A DNA stretch of 16,690 bases, taken from assembly GCF_006345805.1 (NCBI RefSeq), contig NW_021825134.1:1-16690 (forward strand). The letters run 5' to 3'. Below the pieces are notes generated by a model, which was not told the origin of the DNA, ran no database searches, and was given only the letters and a program-made list of their open reading frames with translations. Every line of letters starts with the position of its first letter. Within the stretch, counting starts at the first letter, position 1. Of this stretch, positions 9,880 to 16,690 are shown piece by piece. A program made the translations under genes and the position numbers. Source of the stretch: Octopus sinensis (lineage: Eukaryota).

Positions 9880-11110
9880 TTCCTAATTAATTGCACTATA
9901 ACTGCTTTCTGCTCATACTGTAACCTCTCAGAGCATTCCACAACTCTTTCTTATCTGCTTCTGTGAATTCAAGAGTGCAAATTTCATTCCATACATACTG
10001 ACAATTTTGCAAACAAGAACACTTCAAATGATCTGATCCTCTTGTTACAGAAGATCAACAAACCACTTACTTTCAACTTTTCTTCTCAAGTATAGCAGAC
10101 ATTTCACTATCTCATATTGTTCATTCCTCCCCATTTCTTCCAATCTTTCCAGATCTGTTTCTTAGCATTAACAATTGTACCATTCATCCTCATGCCATAA
10201 CTTCCATCTGGCTGGAACCTAATTACATCAAGAGATTTGGTCTATGACCCAGAGCATGTCTGGTTGAAGCCTATAGATGTTCCCTTAATTGTAGTTTCTA
10301 TCTCCTCTGCACTCTTCATCAAATGTAGCATCTTTGAACCCACATTTTTTTTTTTATCTATTTCAGCTCACAAGCTGTATATCTTTCAGCTTTCATATCT
10401 TCCATTCCAGATTGCCATGTGCCTCTGAGTTCATCAAACCCTTACCTTGAGGTTACTGAAAAGTAGTCAATGTTGAATAGTACATTCTTCTTAGTATTTT
10501 GTCCTACTTCCTGATGAATATGAAATCTATCTGGCCTGTGTATTCACTTGAATCCTAGCTGACAAGTGACTGGCAGGTTCTCTGAAGTTAGTGTTGCAAA
10601 TTGTTAAGTCATTTGTAGCAAAGAACTCAAAGAGCTCTGACCCCACTTCATTCCTTGAACCCTATCCAAAGCTTCAAGATACATTGGAGTAGCCAGCAAA
10701 GCATGATGAAGATATTGGCCATTTGTTACATGGGTAGTGTTCAAGAGAACCTTATAGAAAACATCCTTTGGCTCAAGCACGTACATAGGAAACTACTGCC
10801 ATCATGTTGTCAATGATTAATTTAAACTTAATTATTCTGACATATTCTCCAAATACCTGAATTACTTTTTATATCCCCTTCACTGCCAACAATATGTCTA
10901 CTTGGCCTTCCACTATGCTATCATCATTTTGAAGAATTGGTATCTGTGATATTTGCAACATGAAAAGTCTGGCGAAGGCTCTCCTCCATCTTAAGTATTC
11001 TACACAGCACGCAAAAAAAAAAATAATAAACTCATTGCCACTTTAGCATCTCTATAAATTTCTCCAGACCTACCTTTCACCATGCCAACAACAATGGTGG
11101 CAGCTCTGAA
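9880..11110 (-). pseudogene. Decayed RTE-clade LINE ORF, 5' part (APE endonuclease plus linker)
   Basis: Minus-strand motifs in order across stops and frameshifts: VGMVKGRSGEI (~11058-11090), KDVFYKVLLNTT, GSRNEVGSELFEFFATNDLTICNTNFREPASHL (10563-10661), QIDFIFIRK (10507-10533), WKI*KLKD, KKQIWKDWKKWGG (~10126-10167). End points are approximate. Confidence 0.85.
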
Positions 11111-12131
11111 GTTTTGCACCTGACAGTAGGAAGAGAATACCTGGTTGAGATGTGTTGTTTGATGTCCATTTTCTGCATCTGAAAGGAAGAGAGTTGGTGC
11201 AAACATTTGATGACAGTCAAGGGATGTACACACATGACTAGATATTTACACCTAGCCACAGCACATCATGCACAGAAACTAACATGGTGTTAGTCCTACA
11301 TATGCAATATAGGTTATATGTTGCATTCAAATCTGTCATCATTTTGACGTTTGGGGTTTCTTTTTTTTTTCTGGCTGCATGGCCTTCTTATCACCAGCCA
11401 CTTACAATACAATTAGTGGCATCTTATTGTATCACCAACACTACTAACAAGACTATCTTTCAGGACTAAAAAGTCAGTTTTTATTCAAACTACTCATCTA
11501 AACATGTTGCCTTCATTGTAGTTTCTAGAGTCCAGGTTTGTAGAGAGCAGCAGACTTTTCATTTACTACTGGGTTTATTTGGAATGCCCAAGGAGAGAAG
11601 GTAAAGGATTCATTTATCAAACTATTTGTCCTAGAGAGGTCATTATGACAATGACATCACATCTGACAAAGGACTCTTAGAGTGACTGCAACTGATGTGA
11701 AGTTTACTGTAATATCTAACATTGTCTCCTAAGCAGAGTTAGGCATTTAGCTAAGAATTTATTAGATATAAGAGAAGAAAACTACTAAGCTATTTTTCCC
11801 AGACTGTCCACTAACACAGAGGTAGTACATTTTCTGTAATGATGCACACTGTAGTGGTAACAGTGGAAGCATTGAAGCAGCAGTTTCAGACAACCAAGTT
11901 TGTTCCCATAATAGACAACTGGGAGATCAAGCAAGCACAAGGATCTAAAACTCACACACACAAACACATATATGTACATGCACATACACATATATACATG
12001 CACATAGATATACACACAAATAATGTATAGAGACATTATGTGTATGCATATGTATATTCACACTCTGCCTATATCGTCATGGAAATGAAGGAAATGCAGG
12101 CAGAAGTGGTAAAATCTATTATCAGGTTTTG

Positions 12132-12231
12132 GGCTATAGTAGAAGACACTTTGCCCAACATGAAACACAGTAGGACTGAACCCAAAGCCATATGATTAGG
12201 AAGCAATGTCCTCAAACAGACAGACATACCT
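12132..12231 (-). mobile_element. Diverged 5' head fragment of SINE family A
   Basis: GGCTATAGTAGAAGACACTTTGCCCAACATGAAACACAGTAGGACTGAACCC aligns to 3722-3775. It lies head-to-head with the 12296 copy. Confidence 0.7.
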
Positions 12232-12295
12232 ACTCTTACATATACATGTGTATATGTGCCTGTACACTACATACATATATAAGTATGGATGTAGA

Positions 12296-12648
12296 GACGT
12301 AGGAGTGGCTGTGTGGTAAGTAGCTTGCTAACCAACCACATGGTTCCGGGTTCAATCCCACTGTGTGGCACCTTGGGCAAGTGTCTTTTACTATAGCCTT
12401 CGGCCAATTTGGTAGACAGAAACTGAAAGAAGCCTGCCGTGTGTGTACGTTTGTGTGTTTGTGCTTTGTCCCCCTAACATCGCTTGACAGCTGATGCTGG
12501 TGCGTTTATGTCCCCGTAACTTAGCGGTTCGGCAAAAGAGATCGATAGAATAAGTACTAGGCTTCCAAAGAATAAATCCTGGGGTTGATTTGCTCGACTA
12601 AAGGTGCATGGCCACAGTCAAATGACTGAAACAAGTAAGTAAAGAGTA
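12296..12648 (+). mobile_element. tRNA-derived SINE (family A), near full length
   Basis: Head GACGTAGGAGTGGCTGTGTGGTAAGTAGCTTGC with B-box-like GGGTTCAATCCC, 3' stem-loop CAGTC-AAAT-GACTG and tail GAAACAAGTAAGTAAAGAGTA. Confidence 0.9.
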
Positions 12649-13031
12649 TACACAAACACATTTTATATATAGATGTATATATATATATGTATATAGTATT
12701 TATATACTTATATACCTATATATCCGTCAATGGTCAAACATATTCATCCAACTCATGAGCACATCTTCTTGACTCTCTGACTCTTCATTATTCTTCTCCT
12801 TTTTCTCTTCCTTGTCTCTCCTGGACTTTCCTCTAATACCCAACAAAAGATTACTAATGATTTGTAGGGACATGGTATTTCATCATCAACCATAATATAA
12901 TGTATATGAAACATTTTTATAAATCAATAACGTGTTCTACTGTGTTAGCAGTGCACTTTACATCACTTGTTATGGTTAGCTCTACAGATATTCTTTAGAA
13001 ATTATAGCTAGCACTGTTTTTTGTAATGCTA

Positions 13032-13148
13032 TTTCATTTCTGAGATCGAAGATGTAAAATGGACATATATGCTATATTTCAGGAGGTTTTGCCCATTCCA
13101 TAGCACCCATCTCATTCTTTGTTTACATCTGACATCTCAGATATGAAA
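13032..13148. repeat. Imperfect 117-bp hairpin (old MITE or foldback relic)
   Basis: Nested complementary blocks TTTCAT/ATGAAA, TCTGAGAT/ATCTCAGA, AGATGTAAA/TTTACATCT and TGCTAT/ATAGCA. Confidence 0.6.
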
Positions 13149-13633
13149 CATCTGCTAACACAGTAGAACGTGGTACTGATGTCTAAAAACATTTAATATC
13201 TTTTATAGTATATTATGGTTGCATAACAAAATACTGTGTCGTCCCTAAAGGTCATTAATATTTACATACCAGCTTCCAGGAATGTGTTTAATATGTAAAA
13301 TTGGAATATCCAATAATGTTACGCTGCTATATTTAGTGGCTATTCAAACAATGTGTTCATAGGCAATTAAAGAGTTAGATAGGAGATGAAGGGACAAAAT
13401 CTCCTGAAATATAGCATATACACCCATTACCCTATTTTCATTCTTGATCTCATTGATTGTTTACATCTGTTGTTTTGGATGTGAAATGTCATAACAAAAG
13501 TCAGTGTTAGTTAGAATTTCTACAGAACATCTATAGAGACAACCTTAACAAGTGACAAAAGATTACATCCAAAACATTATACATTTACTCTTTAACTATC
13601 TATCTGTAATTCTTTTCTTTTTCTAACTGTCAA

Positions 13634-13667
<34 letters not shown>

Positions 13668-13904
13668 AGAAATATTGAATTTCTAAATCTCTCGTAGAGA
13701 CATGTACGGTGGTGGGGCGATAGAATGGTTGTATACTGTCAATCTAACAGGAACGTGACAGTAGGGGGTACACCACCGCTGTATAGCCCTAGGAAGTATC
13801 GAATGCCTCCTGATAGCTTTGACACATTTTTTCCTGTGTCCTTATATAGATATATAGAATTACGAAGCCGAGGCAAATATCACCAGCTGACCGGTGTCTG
13901 CTAC

Positions 13905-13950
13905 TCTAGGCCAATGAAGGACAACGATCCTGAAACATGGTGTCCCTAGA
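13905..13950 (+). ncRNA. Type I hammerhead, E1 copy 1 (G5A core mutation, likely inactive)
   Basis: TCTAGG-CCAATGA-AGGA CAACGA TCCT-GAAA-CATGGTG-TC-CCTAGA; GTC triplet 13942-13944. Confidence 0.8.
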
Positions 13951-14268
13951 TGCAGTTCTGGCAGCTGGGGGTGTTTGTCTCCCCTTCGTATATCTATATA
14001 AGGACACAGGGAAAAAATGTGTCAAAGCTATCAGGAGGCGTTCGATGCTTCCTAGGGCTATACAGCGGTGGTGTACCCCCTACTGTCATGTTCTTGTTAG
14101 ATTGACAGTATACAACCATTCTATCGCCCCGCCACCGTACATGTCTCTACGAGAGATTAGAAATTCAATATTTCTTATTTTGATAATCAGTGAATAAGCT
14201 TCACTGAATATAGATATATAGAATTACGAAGCCGAGGCAAATATCACCAGCCGACCAGTGTCTGCTAC

Positions 14269-14314
14269 TCTAGGCCGATGAAGGACAACGATTCTGAAAC
14301 ACGGTGTCCCTAGA
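14269..14314 (+). ncRNA. Type I hammerhead, E1 copy 2 (CCGAUGA core, U4C variant)
   Basis: TCTAGG-CCGATGA-AGGA CAACGA TTCT-GAAA-CACGGTG-TC-CCTAGA; 6-bp stem I; GTC triplet 14306-14308. Confidence 0.85.
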
Positions 14315-14482
14315 TGCAGTTCCGGCAGCCGGGGGTGTTTGTCTCCCCTTCGTATATCTATATAAGGACACAGGGAAAAAATGTGTCAAAGCTATCAGAA
14401 GGCGTTCGATGCTTCCTAGGGCTATACAGCGGTGGTTTACCCCCTACTGTCACATTCTTGTTAGATTGACAGTATACAACCA

Positions 14483-14484
<2 letters not shown>

Positions 14485-14528
<44 letters not shown>
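14485..14528. repeat. (CT)n(TA)n microsatellite at the right end of E1
   Basis: CT run followed by a TA run. Confidence 0.9.
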
Positions 14529-14534
<6 letters not shown>

Positions 14535-14541
14535 ATGACAT

Positions 14542-15020
14542 AAGGGATGTGCTCAAGGGAATGTAGGACAGGGCCACCCGCGCCAACCTCATCAACAGTA
14601 CAGTTCTACCTGCAATGTTATATGGTAGTGAAACATGGGCTACCACAAAGAGAGAAGAGCAGAGACTGGTAACGGCTCAAAGAGAATGAAAGGTCAATGC
14701 TCAGTATCTCGTTGAGAGAGCACATCAGTAGCGAGATCATCAGAAAGAAATCCGGCATGAGGGATGTCATCGCAGAGTATACACGTAGCAAGTTTAGATA
14801 GGCTGGACACGTCGCCCGGCTCACCGATAATCGGTGGACCCGCGCAGTTGTCGAATGATACCCGTGCGAGCAGAAACGACCACCCGGAAGTTACGATTTC
14901 AGGAGGACGATTGGGATCACGTGGATGAGAAAGGCGCGATCCAGAGAGGAGTGGACAGTGTGCTGTGACCAGTGGTGTCAAATGGACGCCTGACAGACTG
15001 GTTGGTCATGGTGAAGGTGA
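14542..15020 (+). pseudogene. 5'-truncated RTE-clade LINE, C-terminal ORF region and 3' end
   Basis: VLPAMLYGSETW (14603-14638), R*AGHVARLTDNRWTRAVVE*YP..KRPPG and WMRKARSREEW, with W-to-stop changes and a frameshift. Followed by (TA)n. Confidence 0.9.
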
Positions 15021-15269
15021 TATATATATATATATATACAGGATGCAGTGAATAAATTGTCGTCTAAATTATGGAAAAATGAAAATAACACTGACAGGGA
15101 TAGGCTTATTGCCCAGAGATAAAAGGATGGTTGCAGGCACATGTTTGTAGCTCAAAACCCATTGACAGTGCGACAATTACCCTACCTTCCCTGCAGTAGC
15201 CAAAGGACTTATACAAAATAGAGTAGAAAGTAGTATTGGCCTAGGTAATTTGCTCAAAAATGAGCTAAG

Positions 15270-15830
15270 AGAAAGAAGTCATGGTGGAGTTGTGATGTAT
15301 GCTTGTGAAGATGACCTTTAACCTTGTTGTAAGATTCAAAACTCAGTCTGTGACACACACATAGTACATTTAAAGCAACATGTGGTAATATGCACATATC
15401 ATCCACCTGATGCCTCAAAATTATAAAGTAAATTTGAGTAAAGCTTCAACGCATTAATGGACTTCTGATAAGCAACTCAATTTCCACACTCAAATGGCTT
15501 AAAGGAGACATAATCTTAGGAATGACATACAAAGAATGCAATCAAATAAGACCAATGCTTGACCACACAAAGAAAATATTCCCGGAACAAACCATACTTT
15601 TTCCAACCAGAAAAAATAGCATCTTAGGTTTCTGCTTCATGAATAGTGTAGAATTTATCCACAATGTGAAGGTATCGGTGATAATTTTCTCAGACCATAA
15701 CATAATAGAACTATTAGGACTAATTAACGATGTATTTTACACAGATAACACCCAAACCCTATCTAGTCTGAACTTGTACAAGGCTGACTGGAAGTCAATT
15801 GAAAACTATACACTTAAACAGAATTGCCTC
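15270..15830 (+). pseudogene. Decayed APE endonuclease region of a CR1/Jockey-like LINE ORF2
   Basis: HGGVVMY (15280-15300), TYHPPD (15394-15411) and DF (15460) in one frame, then EQTILFPTRKNSILG, FSDHNII and LNLYKADWKSI in ORF 15522-15851. The clade call is approximate. Confidence 0.75.
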
Positions 15831-16099
15831 AAAAAGTCTTTCTATGTGTGACATTGATATCATATTCAAAGAATGTAAACTATATACATTAAATTTATCA
15901 CAGAGAGAAGAGCCAATATGCACAAAAAAAATTATCCTTAAGACATGAGCATCCTTATGAGACAGAATAAAGATCTTAAATCATTTAAGTCAGTGGTACC
16001 CAAACTTTGGCAGGCTGCTGTCCTATTGGTACTCAGGTTACGTTTTTAGCCCCTGATCCTCCCTACTCACCACGACAAACATAGACCACTTTCTGCAGC

Positions 16100-16131
<32 letters not shown>

Positions 16132-16423
16132 GACTATATGTACATATATATATATATATATATATATGAATATACATATATGACTATATGTACATAATAG
16201 AAATATTAAAATTACTAAGTCTCTCTAAAGGAGATTACGGCAGCGTTACTGGATATTAATAGTTATCGCCATACTAATATGGCAGTCTATAAATAAGACT
16301 AAAGCTGTCACTGATTAGCTCCAAGAGGCTGTCGCCTCTAGCTAGCTATATGACACACGAACCTGCGTCCATTACAACCTTCGAACAGGGGAGGTCAGCC
16401 GCTTCACCTTGCTAGTCAGACAT

Positions 16424-16464
16424 CTGCAGACATGTTTCAGGGTTGTTGCCCTTCATCAATGCAG
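16424..16464 (-). ncRNA. Minimal type I hammerhead in E2 (UUGAUGA core, C3U variant)
   Basis: Minus strand reads CTGCA-TTGATGA-AGGG CAACAA CCCT-GAAA-CATG-TC-TGCAG, with palindromic ACATGT stem III and predicted cleavage between 16429 and 16428. It sits at the apex of hairpin 16379-16509. Confidence 0.85.
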
Positions 16465-16621
16465 CGTAGTCAGAACCAGCAGGTGTCGCTACTGACCCTC
16501 TGTTCGAAGATTTTATTTACCTAGTTACTGTGGAATACATCCACTTGTTTTCAATAATAGAAATATTAAAATTACTAAGTCTCTCTAAAGGAGATTATGG
16601 CAGCATTACTGGATATTAATA

Positions 16622-16651
16622 AAGGGCAACAACCCTGAAACATGTCTGCAG
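16622..16651 (+). ncRNA. Truncated inverted copy of the E2 hammerhead lacking the 5' core strand
   Basis: AAGGGCAACAACCCTGAAACATGTCTGCAG; the upstream CTGCA-TTGATG is absent. Confidence 0.75.
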
Positions 16652-16690
16652 CTGATGTCTGACTAGCAAGGGGAAGTATGGCGATAACTA

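Larger units (their letters stand above)
13665..14486 (+). mobile_element. Retrozyme-like non-autonomous element E1: 190-bp inverted arm plus ~1.8 tandem 364-nt units, each with a hammerhead
   Basis: Inverted arms 13665-13854 and 13989-14178 (7 differences); direct repeat 13844-14122 vs 14208-14486 (offset 364, no indels); two HHR motifs; no credible ORF. Confidence 0.85.
16194..16690 (-). mobile_element. Retrozyme-like element E2: 360-nt unit with 68-nt terminal redundancy, then inverted fragments (runs off the window end)
   Basis: Direct repeat 16194-16261 vs 16554-16621 (offset 360, 2 CpG-type mismatches). 16622-16676 is the near reverse complement of 16402-16453, and 16677-16690 is the reverse complement of 16260-16273. 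Homologous to the E1 unit. Confidence 0.85.

Noticed and set aside
11790-11827. Possible 19-nt micro-exon (TTTTTCCCAG|...|GTAGTA)
   Set aside because: Splice-like signals occur by chance at this frequency, and there is no supporting coding context.
12296-12365. tRNA-like sequence (also 3755-3824 and 9240-9330)
   Set aside because: These are SINE heads continuous with SINE bodies and do not form a complete cloverleaf, so they are not called tRNA genes.
12614-12640. SINE tail AGTC-AAAT-GACT-GAAAC-AA-GTA resembles the 3' half of a hammerhead
   Set aside because: The upstream bases are TGGCCAC rather than CUGANGA, and there is no stem I. A LINE-type 3' stem-loop explains it more simply.
13725-14543. 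ORFs of 74, 86 and 79 aa in E1
   Set aside because: They are short and have no recognisable domain, and conservation with E2 is structural rather than codon-based. The two similar peptides simply reflect the tandem duplication.

Overview
This is an AT-rich, repeat-dominated eukaryotic window with no intact protein-coding gene. It is probably cephalopod/octopus DNA; that is an inference from recalled SINE families and the abundant (TA)n/(CATA)n tracts. It holds a 2.3-kb compound microsatellite, several tRNA-derived SINEs (one nested in another with an 11-bp TSD), an internally deleted mariner, and three decayed LINE fragments (RTE endonuclease, RTE C-terminus, CR1/Jockey-like endonuclease). 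The main signal is a cluster of minimal type I hammerhead ribozyme (HHR) motifs: five intact or near-intact (652, 6893, 13905, 14269 on +; 16424 on -), one truncated and two decayed. Three of them lie in two diverged, homologous non-coding elements (13665-14486 and 16194-16690). These have 364-nt and 360-nt tandem units, conserved hairpins with compensatory base changes, a shared terminus next to TA repeats and fold-back inversions. They look like a retrozyme-like (circRNA-forming, non-autonomous retroelement) family. All alignments and folds were done by eye, and ribozyme activity is untested.
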